A DNA stretch of 64,000 nt from Eledone cirrhosa (Eukaryota). A program made the translations under genes and the position numbers. The number at the start of each line of letters is the position of its first letter. Within the stretch, counting starts at the first letter, position 1. Below, one piece after another: positions 50,064 through 62,905 of this stretch. The stretch spans positions 16,368,001 to 16,432,000 of the forward strand of contig OZ024741.1 of the NCBI GenBank assembly GCA_964016885.1, read 5' to 3'. Below the pieces are notes generated by a model. It was not told where the DNA came from. It did not search any database and was given only the letters and a program-made list of their open reading frames with translations.

Positions 50064-51620
50064 ATATATATATAATATATATATTATTATATATATATTA
50101 TATATATATAATATATATATATATTATATATATATTATATATATATATTATATATATATATTATATTTAATATATATATATATTATATATATATTATATA
50201 TATATATTATATATAATATATATATATATTATATATAATATATATATATATTATATATAATATATATATATTATATATAATATATATATTTATATATAAT
50301 ATATATATATTATATATAATATATATATATTATATATAATATATATATATATTATATATAATATATATATATATAATATATATATATATTATATAATATA
50401 TATATTATATATATAATATATATATTATATATATAATATATATATATTATATATATATATTATATATAATATATATATATATTATATATATATATAATAT
50501 ATATATTATATATAATATATATATATATAATATATATATTATATATAATATATATATATATAATATATATATTATATATAATATATATATATATAATATA
50601 TATATTATATATAATATATATATATTATATATAATATATATATATTATATATTATATATATATATATTATATATATATATTATATATATATCATTTCATT
50701 TCATTTTACGTCCACTTTCCCTGCTTGCAAGGGTGGGACGGGAACTGATTCTGGCTTGATTTCTACACCAACCTCATTTACAGTGAGTGCTGGGTGCTTT
50801 TTTGCCGTGGCACCTGCACGACCACTTTACATTTCTACAGCTGAGTAAACTGGAGCAATGTGAAATAAAGTGTCTTGCTCAAGGAAACAACACATCACCC
50901 GGTCTGAGAATTGAACTCACAACCTTTCGATTGCAAGGCCAATGCTCTAACAACTAAGCCATGTGCCTCCGTTATATATTATATATAATATATATATATA
51001 TTATATATAATATATATATTATATATAATATATATATATATTATATATAATATATATATAATATATATATATATTATATATAATATATATATAATATATA
51101 TATATAATATATATATATAATATATATATTATATATATATATAATATATATATATTATTTATATATGATATATATATATATTATATATGATATATATATA
51201 TATTATATATAATATATATATATATTATATATATATATATTATATAAATAATATATATATCTATATTATATATATATAATATATATATATTATTTATATA
51301 TAATATATATATATATATTATATATAATATATATATATATTATATATATATATATTATATAAATAATATATATATCTATATTATATATATATAATATATA
51401 TATATTATTTATATATAATATATATATATATATTATATATAATATATATATATATTATATATATATATATTATATATATATTATATATATATATATTATA
51501 TATATATATAATATATATATATATAATATATATATTATATATAATATATATATATATAATATATATATTATATATAATACATATATATATTATATATATA
51601 TATAATATATATATATAATA
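48390..51620. repeat. ~3-kb imperfect (TA)n array interrupted by one SINE (50691-50970)
   Basis: Near-pure AT dinucleotide sequence. Confidence 0.98.
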
Positions 51621-51903
51621 TGTTGCGGGAATATTATTTAGAACAACGTGGATAAGATTTTCAGAGTTGAGAAGAAAGTCTGCTGCTCGGTTCATTCATC
51701 TATATATTTTACAATCCCCCAGTATCAAAAACCGTATTCATAATTGTCTTTCTAAAAATCTTATCCACGTTGTTCTAAATAATATTCCCGCAACCATTTT
51801 GGCCGAAAATTTTTGCCAGGTTTTATTGGGATGGCCTCTCTCTCTCGGCCTGCTGAAATCGCCTCTCACCCTCTCACCCTCTCACCCTCACTATCATATA
51901 CGC

Positions 51904-52000
<97 letters not shown>

Positions 52001-55000
52001 TGCCAACCAAATATAAATAAGTCTTGTTACGGGGGACTAAACTCAGAATTTGTCAACTATTATTGATGGTCGCTCGTTCAGTCTACTTCTAAGAAATGTA
52101 ACGTACATATCTCATTTTCTTCTCAACTCTCCACCCAACCCTTCGGTTCATTCATCTATATATCTTACAGTCCCCCAGAATAAAAAAAATCGTATTCATA
52201 ATTGTCTTTCTATAATTCTGTCTCACTGTTGTTCTAAAAAATAAGTCTGCTCCTCGCAAACTACCCAATACCCCGCCCCCACTCACCACCTTATTATTTG
52301 GACCAATCACAAGTAAACGACCTATCCTAGCACTTCAGGTTGCTTTTCGATATGATGGATGAACTAGGGAATTACTGGAGAGTCAGAAGAATCTGGTCAC
52401 CCGAAGACAATGCAAAAGATAACTACAAATTCACCTCATGCTGCCGGACGAAAGGGCAAGGCCCCACCCTCTTTGTTGCGGCCGCGGATGGCCAACATAA
52501 CCCCAACCCCATCCACCTCACTCCTCCCTGCACCCCACCCACCAAACGCAATCCAAAACTTCAGAGTTGGTACCATGAATGTAGGGACCTTAAAAGGCCG
52601 CTCTCACGAGGTTGTAGAAATGCTTGAATGTAAGGAGGTTGATATCTGCTGTATCCAAGAAACCAGGTGGAGGGGCGGGTCTGCTAGATTCATTGTGGGT
52701 AAAAAACGATGCTATAAGCTTTTCTGGGTGGGAAATGACAATGGGCTGGGTGGGGTCGGAATCATGTTAGCAGAAAAATGGGTGGATAAGATAATAGACG
52801 TAAATAGAGTAAACGACAGAATAATTAAAATAAGACTTGTTCTAAATAGAACTACTGTGACGATAATATCTGCGTACGCGCCCCAATCCGGACTGCCTGG
52901 CGCTATAAAAGACACTTTCTATGAGACACTGATGCTCACTACCTCCCAAATAACCGACAGTGACTATATTATTATTGCTGGCGACCTAAATGGTCACGTT
53001 GGACAACATTGTGACGGCTATGATGGAATCCACGGAGGCTATGGGTTTGGTACTAGAAATGAGGAAGGCTCCAGAATCCTGGAATTCTGTGACGCAAATA
53101 ACCTAACAATCTGTAACACTAACTTCAAAAATGAGACAATCACTTGATCACCTACAGATCAGGGGAACATACCAGCCATGTAGATTATATCCTTACCAGA
53201 AGACATGACAGAGTGTCTGTTGTAAACACCAAATCCCTCCCCCATGAAGAATGCACCTCCCAACATAGACTGATAATTAGCGACCTCATAGTCAGGATGG
53301 GACGTACCCGACAGCAGAAGAGGACTATCCTCAGGAGAAAAATATGGAAGCTAAAGGACCCTACAGCCAGAAATAAATTTCAAAGCATATTACTTGATGC
53401 TTTCGACAGTAAGGAAGAGCATTTAGAGTCGTACAATATAGAGGAACAGTGGGAATTCCTGAAAGCAAACCTGTTGATGGCGGCAGACGAAGTCTGTGGC
53501 CGGAGCAGGCCTATAGGCAGGAGGAGAGTAACATGGTGGTGGAACAGTAAGGTGGAAGAGTCGATTAAGGCCAAAAAGCAGGCTTGGAAAGTATGGCGGG
53601 ATGGGGGAAGTAGAGAAGACTATCAAATGGCCAGGAGGGAAGCTAGGAGACAAGTGTACTTCGCAAGAAGGGAAGCAGAGGAAAGAAAGTTCAAACATGT
53701 TCTACAACGCGAGGACCAAAAACGTGAGGTGTTCAGGATTGCTAGGCAATGTGTCAAGGAAAACCGTGATATTGTCGGGGAGAAGTGTGTACTAAATGAT
53801 GATGGCGTACTTGCCATCACTGACGCTGATAAGAAGGTAGCTTGGAAGTGTCACTACGAAAGGCTACTAAATGAGGAGAATAAATGGGAGAAGGATAGTC
53901 TCCCCCAGATCGATCCAATAGAGGGACCAGCAGTGTTAGTTGAAGGTAGTATAATAAGTAAGGCTATCAAAGATATGAAGACGGGTAAGGCGGCTGGACC
54001 TTCGGAAATAGTTGCTGAGATGCTGAAAGCCTCTGGAACGGTGGGACACACCATGGTCACCCGGATAGTAAACCAAGTCATACAGAATGGGGTTGTTCCG
54101 AAGGACTGGCGTAGCAGCATCATCATTAACTGTTACAAGGGTAAAGGAGACGCCCTAGATAGGAGTAACTATAGAGGCATTAAATTAATCGACCAGGTCA
54201 TGAAGGTCACGGAAAAAGTAATAGTGCAACTAATCAGAGAGAGAATTGATCTAGATGAAATGCAGTTCGGGTTTGTGTCAGGCAAAAGTACCACAGACGC
54301 TCTTTTCATTGTACGACAACTACAGGAGAAGTACCTAGCTAAAAGTAAACCCCTATACTTAGCCTTTGTCGACTTGGAGAAAGCGTTCGACAGAGTCCCC
54401 CATTCCATTATCTGGTGGGCTCTTAGAAAACTAGGTGTTGATGAATGGTTTGTGAGAGCTATACAAGCCATGTATAAAGAAACAGTCAGTAAAGTTAGAA
54501 TTAACAACGAATATAGTGAAGAGTTTAGTGTAAAAGTTGGTGTTCATCAGGGTTCTGTTCTTAGCCCCCTACTATTTATTATTGCTCTACAGGCTATAAC
54601 AGTGGAGTTCAAGACCGGCTGCCCATGGGAACTCCTATACGCAGATGATCTAACGCTCATAGCTGAATCAATGGCCGAGCTAGAGAAGAAATTCCAAACA
54701 TGGAAGCATGGCCTAGAATCAAAAGGCCTTAAAATTAACCTGGCTAAGACTAAAGTTCTAGTTTGTAGGAAAGAAAATAAGGCGCCGGTCCCTTCCGGGA
54801 AATGGCCATGCTCAGTGTGTAGGAAAGGCGTAGGTAGAAACTCCATTTTATGTCCCAAATGCAAAGTATGGGTGCATAAAAGATGCAGTGGGATCACAGG
54901 TAAGCTAACTAAGAACATAGATTTTACATGTGGCCGGTGCTCTGGTGCAATAAGTAGCAGCAAGTGCCCACAAAATACTAGCTCTTTCAATTGCGCAGAG

Positions 55001-55977
55001 GGTTCTATAGAAATAGTGGACAGCTTCTGTTACCTGGGTGACAAAATCAGCAGTGGGGGAGGGTGCTCTGAAAGTAAAGTAGCTAAAGTCAGAACTGGAT
55101 GGAAAAAGTTCAGAGAGCTTATACCACTATTAGCCGCTAAAGGGTTCTCCCTAAAAATGAAAGGCAGGTTGTACGATGCCTGCATACGAACAGCAATGTT
55201 GCATGGCAGTGAGACCTGGGCATTGTGTGCAGAGGATATACGCAGACTAGAGAGAAACGAAGCTTGCATGCTCCGCTGGATGTGTAATAGTAATATACGC
55301 GAACGGCAAAGCATAAACGAACTAAGGGAAAAATTAGAAATAAGAGGGATCAGATGTTGTTTAGTCGAGAGAAGGCTACGTTGGTATGGTCACGTGATGC
55401 GCATGAAAGACGACAGTTGTATAAAAAAGTGCAGGGCAATAAAGATAGACGGTAGCCACGGAGTAGGCAGACCCAGAAAAACCTGGGATGACCTGATAAA
55501 TTCCGACCTCACACACTTACACCTTTCCAAGACAATGTCACTGGACGGAGATCTTTGGCGGTACTCAGTAATAGAGAAGACCCGCCTTACCTGAAATACA
55601 AAGTAAAACCTACTACAGTCAGTAGGCATCTCTAACAAAACACACCCCTGTCCCACCACCTCCACACCACCCCGTTCAATGTAAAGTTATGTTGGTGCCA
55701 CAACATCCAGGCCGAAACAAATGAGTTCGTGTAGGTGTCACGACAAAAAAAACACACACTCCACGCTGTAATGTGGCCGTGTAGGCAACACGGTAAAAAC
55801 CTCCCAGTCCCACACTGTAAATGTGGTTGGTGTTAGGAAGGGCATCCAGCTGTAGAAAACCCGCCAGACAGTCCTATGCGAGCAAGACAACCACTCTTGC
55901 CTCAAGTGGGAAAACTCCCGTCCAAACCCATGCAAGCGTGGAACATGGACGTTAAACGATGATGATGATGATGATGA
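51621..55977 (+). mobile_element. RTE family C, apparently full length, one frameshift near 53130
   Basis: 5' UTR with (CT)n and repeats; APE ORF 52410-53147; RT ORF 53144-55594 with YADD; 3' UTR module; (GAT)n tail. Confidence 0.96.
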
Positions 55978-56302
55978 TATATATATATATTATATATAAT
56001 ATATATATTATATATATATATAATATATATATATAATATATATATATATATTATATATAATATATATACTATATATATATATAATATATATATATAATAT
56101 ATATATTATATATATAATATATATATATAATATATATATATATACATATAATATATATATATAATATATATATTATATATATATAATATATATATATATG
56201 TATATATATATAATATATTTATATAATATATATATTATATATATATATAATATATATATATATGTATATATATATAATATATATATATAATATATATATT
56301 AT

Positions 56303-56345
<43 letters not shown>

Positions 56346-56654
56346 TATATAATATATATATTATATATAATATATATATATAATATATATATAATATATA
56401 TATATAATATATATATAATATATATATATATAATATATATATATAATATATATATTATATATATATATAATATATATATATAATATATATATTATATATA
56501 TATTATATATATATATAATATATATATTATATATATAATATATATATTATATATATAATATATATATATATATTATATATATAATATATATATATATATT
56601 ATATATATAATATATATATATATATTATATATATATATATTATATATAATATAT

Positions 56655-59600
56655 ATCTATCTAAGACGGGTAAAATTCCCGAGATCCATGGACGAGTTCT
56701 CTCCAGCGGTCTCTGTCCCTCATTATCGCTGCCATGTCCTGTAACTCCAACAGACCAGTGTCTGTCCTTAGGGCATCAACATACGTTAACCTTGGTCTTC
56801 CTCTTCTAGTGTGTCCATGTAGGGGCTCCCAAAGGATTACTGAGTGCAATGTCAACTCTGGATGTCGGTGAGCATGTCCAGCTAACCTCAGTCTCCTCTG
56901 TGTCACTTTTAAGCTGACTTTTGGGATGCTCCCATACAGCTCTGAGTTTTTCATCCTCAGTGTATACTGATTAATGTTCAGAGCCATCCTCAGCATTCTC
57001 GTGTAGCACCCATCCACCATCTGAGTGAGTTTCTTGGTCAGTGTCCAAGTCTCAGACCCATACAGCAGCATAGACTCCACTACAGCAATGAAGAGGCGGA
57101 TTTTCAGGTCTCTACGAAGGTCCGACTTCCAATCTCAAGCTGTGGCACGCCGCCCAGGCCTTGCTCTTCCTCTCAACCACATCATCTTCCGTATTCCCAA
57201 TCTTTGCTCCCAAATACAGGAAGTCCTCAACCAATTCCAGCGGCTTCCCACCTACATTAGTGATCCCCTCTGGCTTCTCAACATTCTCTACCAGATATTT
57301 TGTTTTAGTTTCATTCATTCTCAGCCCCACACTCATCGACACAGTCTCAACCTCCCGCATCAAATCCTCTGCCTCCTTCACTGTATTTGTCACCAAAACT
57401 ATGTCGTCGGCAAATTCAGCATACGATACCTTTTTCGCCCTAACTCTCCTGCTCTGAGCCGGTGCTACAGTAAAGCCAGAGTCCTGGTGTTTCTCCAGTG
57501 CAAGGCGCATACAATAGTCCACTACGATGATAAAAAGGTAGGGAGCCAATGTATCTCCCTGGAGCACTCCAGCCAGTATCTCAAAGAACTCTGTCATCCC
57601 ATCAGGTGTAATGACTTGGGCTTTGGTGTTGGTGTAGTGCAGTGATATCAGGTCCACTATCTTCTGGGGGATTCCATAAGCCTGTAAGATCTTCATTAGG
57701 CAGTAACGGTCCACAGAATCAAAGGCCTTCCTAAAGTCAATGAAAACCATGACCGCAGGAAGGCACTTTGCTCTAGCTCCCTCTAATATCCTCCTCAGCA
57801 TCAGGATGTGACTGGTGGTTGATCTACCCTCTCTGAAGCTGTTCTGGTTGTCCCTGAGCTTCTTCTCCATCTCAGGCTGGATCCTGTTAAGAATCATCCT
57901 GTTGAGGGTCTTTGCCACAAGTGACGTCAGTGAGATCCCCCGGTAGTTGTTGGTGTTAGAGAGATCTCCCTTCTTTGGCACTGGGACGATGTTACTGATC
58001 CTCCACTGATTCGGGGCAACTCCTTTCTCCAGTGCCCCGTTACAGAACCCCAGGATGATATCATCAAAATCACACCTCTTCATCACCTCTGATGCCACTC
58101 CATCTTCTCCATGAGCCTTGCCCTCCTTGATCCTCTTCTTGGCTCTCTGAAGCTCCTCTCTGGTGAAGGGCTCTGTCTCAACATCCAGTTCCTCAAACAG
58201 CCGCCTGATCTCCCCAGTGCTCTGGGCTGTGGAGGGTAGCTCTCCTAGTAGGGTCCTAAAATGGTCTAGCCATTTCCTCTTCCTATCCTCGGGCCCCGTT
58301 CCCTGGATCTGACTCGAACACCTTCTCTTCCTCCCTGTGATCTCGCTGATGATCATCCAGCTCTCCTTACATCCAGATCTGTCAACCGCTCTCTCCACAC
58401 TTCTGATCTTCTCTATCAGTGCCTCCTCTCTGACCTCAGTGTAAGCGGTACAGAGCTCTTCCCTCATCACCTCCACAGTCTCCATCCTCTCCTCCGTAGG
58501 ATCAGCATAGAATTGGTCCCTGGCAGCTTTCAGGTGTTCTCTGGCTGCACACACTTTTGGGTTTGCAGAGCTGACGTGCTTCCCTTTGTTCTTTTTCCTC
58601 GGCACCAGGGTTTCACTTGCTTCCGCCACTGCATTGGTGAAGTGCCCGTACCTCCTCGTCACACTCTCCTCAGTCCATCCAATCTCTCTCTCCTCTGACT
58701 CTCCACACAGAGCACTAAACCTGTTTCTCACTTCCACTGTGAACCTCTCCTGTAGCTTATCATCTTCCTTGAAAGCTCCCCAGTCATAGATTGTTCTCCG
58801 GGGCTGAGCCTTGCTCTTTCTTAAGCTCACGCGGACCTCACTCATAACAAGCCGGTGGTCACTACCCAGTGTACTGAAATAGCTGTATGGTTCCGTGTTC
58901 AGAACACTATTCCGCCACTTTTTCCTCACCAGAATGAAATCAATCTGGGACTTGGACAGGTGCATATCTGAGATGTAGGTCCACATCTTCCCCAGCTTCT
59001 TTCTAAACCTTAGGTTGGTCGCCATCAAGTTCGCGTCCAGCAGGGTGTCTCTCAATAGTCTTCCATTTCGGTTGGTATTGTTATGGAAGTACCAGCAAGG
59101 ATCTTCACTGCCCTCCTTACTCAGATGTGCATTGAAGTCCCCCAAAACAAGCAGGATATTGTGTGCCTGAGTGGTGTTGACAGCTCTACACACCTTCTCA
59201 TGGAACTCTTCCGCATTCACATCACTGTATCCCTCGGTTGGACTATAAGCTGAGATGACTGTCAGTCTTGGGTTTCCATTGAAGGTCACCCTCAACACTC
59301 ACGGGGAGATAGGCATTATTTCCCTCACCAACAGATTGGTTTTTGCACTGAACACAAAACCCACTCCTCCTACTGCAGCATTTGTTGTGTTCTTCACTGC
59401 CGATGTAGTGATGAGCTGGCTCTTCTTCCCGATCATCACACTCCTCACGGGCTCATCGTGGAGAATCCTGTGTTCTTGGATTGCAAGTATCTGTATACCA
59501 CTCTCCTCGAACAGATGTCCCAACTCCCCTCTCTTCTCCAGCGTCCGAATAGTCCTCACATTCAAAGTGCCCATTTTGATGGTTCTTCTGCAGGACAAAA

Positions 59601-59965
59601 CTGCATTCTTTATATTTGTCTCAGAGACAGCTGATCCATCATCCACTGGCCCTCTCTGTGGCTCTACGTCAGCAGAGTCATAACGACCAGGCTGCTCCTT
59701 GACAGTGTAATTAGGGGCTCTAACCCTAGTGCTGTTAGATCGACTCTCCATATTTCTTTTCAATGGCTGACAATACCTTACCGGCGCCACTCGAATAAGG
59801 TAGTTATTTAACCCATAAATGGAGCCCTAACAGGTAGTACCACCCCGGGCCAGGGCAGACCTGGGAGTCATGACAACTAAGGGGTAACTCCACATTCCCC
59901 ACATCTCCTGAACTTCCGAACTGGAGCCTTGCCACTGGATGTAGTTTAATGTCATACCCAGGACA
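56655..59965 (-). mobile_element. RTE-X-like LINE family D, apparently full length (one in-frame stop at ~59299, frameshift at ~57130)
   Basis: APE (TLNVRT, IQEH, GDFNAH, SDH), RT (LQGDTLAP, FADD), C-terminus RRLRLAGH...GRPRLTYVD; TA arrays on both sides. Clade assignment is from motif recognition only. Confidence 0.85.
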
Positions 59966-60418
59966 TTATATATTATATATATATATATATTATATATATT
60001 ATATATATATTATATATATATATTATATATATATATTATATATATATATATATTATATATTATATATATATATATATTATATATATATATAATGTATATA
60101 TATATATATATAATGTATATATATAATATATATATATAATTGTTTCTACTTTAGGCACAAGGCCAGCAATTACCCAGTGCATTACTGGTACTTTATTTTA
60201 TCGACCCCGTAAGGATGAAAGGCAAAGTCAACCTCGGCGGGATTTGAACTCAGATCGTAATATATATATATAATGTATATATATTATATATATAATTTAT
60301 ATATATATTATATATATATATAATATATATATAATATATATATAATATATATAAAATATATATATATATATTTATTTATTGTTTCATTTATTTTAAACAA
60401 TACTGCTGATGATGATGA

Positions 60419-61675
60419 GATATATATGGTGGGATGGAGGAAGTAGTGAACACTACCAGGTGGCTAGCAGAGAAGCTAGGTGACAAGTGTACTTTGCAAG
60501 AAAGGAAGCAGAAGATAAAAAATTTAAGTATGTTCTCCAACTCGAGGACCAAAGGTGTGAGGGGCTCAGGATTGTGATGTGATGGGCTCAGGATTGTGAT
60601 GTGATGTGCCAGGGAGATGGTGTGATATATATTGTTGGGGAGAATTATGACTGTGATGATAATGGAGTACTTGCCCTCACTGATGCTGAAAAGAAGGTAG
60701 CATGGAAGTGCCACTATGTACAGTAGCCAGAATAAGATTGGGATGGAGAAAGTTCAGGGAGCTACTATCGCTGTTAGCTACAAAAGGTTTTTCCCTTAAA
60801 ATGAAGGGCAGATTGTACGATGCATGTATGTAAAGAGCAATGTTACATGGTAGTGAGACCTGGGCACTGTGTGCAGAGGACCTGTAAAGATGGGAAAGAA
60901 ATGAAGCATACAAGCTCTGATGGATGTATAATAGTAATATACATGAACAGCCAAGCATAAATGAATTGAGAGAGAAATTAGGCATAAGTAGGATTAGATG
61001 CAGTATGCTAGAGAGGAGATTGCATTGGTACAGTCATGTGATGCGTATGAAGGATAACAGCTGTATACAAAGGTGCAGGGTGATCAATTTGATGGAAGCT
61101 ACAGAGTAAGAAGACCTGGGATGAGATGATAAAAGTTGACATTGCTCAATTTCCCCTCTCAAAGACAATGACACAGGATCAATATCTCTGGCATTATGCA
61201 GTAATACAGAAAACACGCCTTTCCATGCACATGGACTTAAACATACATCTAGTTGGCCCCTCTTAACCATTATTCCCCCTTCCATACACATCACACCCAC
61301 TTCTGTCCACACCACCCTTACACTGTAAAGTTATGTAAGTATCACAACAAAAAAGCAACCAGCCCACACTGTAAAGTGGTTGTGTAGGTATCATGATTAA
61401 AAGCACCCAGGCCTCACTATAAACTGGTTATGTAGGTGTCATGATAAAAAGCATCCAGCACACTCTGTAAAGTCATTGTGTAAGAGTCACGACAAAAAGC
61501 ACCCAGGCCACACTGTAAATGTGGTTGGCATTAGGAAGGGCATCTAGCTGTATAAACCTAGCTAGAAACAGTTCTATATGAGCAAGACACAGTCACCTGA
61601 CCCAACTTGCCTCTAATAGGACAACCCATGCTAGCATGGAAAATGGACGTTCAATGATGATGATGATGATGATAT
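60419..61675 (+). mobile_element. Old, internally deleted RTE (family C-like)
   Basis: Degenerate similarity to 53590-53860 and 55080-55980; (GAT)n tail. Confidence 0.85.
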
Positions 61676-61929
61676 GGGGAACACTTTTTAAATCACATAT
61701 TGAAAAATCTGAATGATTTCTAATTTTATTTTTCTCAATATTTCTTTTTTATACTGTATTAGTTATTTGCAGCCTGTTTGGAAAAGTAAACTTCCTAAAC
61801 ATCAACATTGGCCAACATCACTTCATGTTGAAGGTAGGACTGTGAAGACGTAGAAGCTATATTGATAAATTTAGGAACTTTACTATTCTAAACAAATTGC
61901 AAGGAGCTCATATGTAAACCTGATATATA

Positions 61930-62147
61930 CGAGGGGGTGCTGAAAAGTTCCTGGGTGTGGGTAAAAGAAAATACAGGAGGATTAGTTAATTATGATTTTA
62001 TTCAACATATTCCCCTCTCAGATTCACACACAGTGGTCCTTCAGCTTTTCTAAGCCCTGTAAAAAAGTAAAATGAACTCGGAAGGTTGGGTTTCCAACAA
62101 GGCCTCTGTAGCAGTGATCAAGCCGGGAACTTTTCAGCACCCCATTG
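61930..62147. mobile_element. mariner-like MITE
   Basis: TA-CGAGGGGGTGCTGAAAAGTTCC...GGAACTTTTCAGCACCCC terminal inverted repeats. Confidence 0.8.
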
Positions 62148-62148
62148 C

Positions 62149-62180
<32 letters not shown>

Positions 62181-62182
62181 AT

Positions 62183-62454
62183 ATATAATTGAATATAAAA
62201 GAGAGATAAACACAGATATAAACATACATGTGTTCAAATCATAAGGGATCAAGTTCGCTAGGGTGAAAAACATACTAACTATTAACTATATGGTTTGCCA
62301 GACTCAATTTAAAATAATAAATTAAGAAAAAGAAAAACAGACCTATGTTGGGCAACTGCCGGAACACCCAGATAGCTTTGGTTGGTTTGGTCCCTTACAA
62401 TTTGAACATATGTATGTTTATATGTGTTTACCTCTCTTTTATATTCAATTATAT
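62183..62454. repeat. ~69-bp imperfect inverted repeat with a ~135-bp spacer
   Basis: 62183-62252 versus the reverse complement of 62387-62454. Confidence 0.85.
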
Positions 62455-62534
62455 TACATGGCTCAGAAAAGCCTCTTTCTTTGAGCTATTTAATTGTAAG
62501 AGACTATTTTGAGTTTCTAATCAATATATATCTT

Positions 62535-62567
<33 letters not shown>

Positions 62568-62572
<5 letters not shown>

Positions 62573-62905
62573 GTACATACATATGTGTGTACAGACGCAC
62601 AGTAGTATGTATATATCTACATACATGCACACATATATATATATGTACGTATGGGTTTAGCAAACATTTATTATAATGTTGGGTTTGTTTGTAAACAAAC
62701 AGCCCGAATTGTGCCGTACAGTGCTCGGCAACCTACGATGGTTGCCGAGCACTGTACGGCGCAATTTGAGCTGTTTGTTTACAAACAAACCGAACATTAT
62801 AATAAATGTTTGCTAAACCCATACGTACATATATATATATGTGTGCATGTATGTAGATATATACATACTACTGTGCGTCTGTACACACATATGTATGTAC
62901 GTATA
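62568..62905. repeat. 338-bp palindrome (166-bp arms, 6-nt loop)
   Basis: Arms 62568-62733 and 62740-62905, about 4 mismatches, loop TACGAT. Confidence 0.95.

Noticed and set aside
31318-59683. Numerous antisense ORFs over LINEs and I/Y-rich ORFs over TA arrays
   Set aside because: Shadows of RT frames or of low-complexity DNA.
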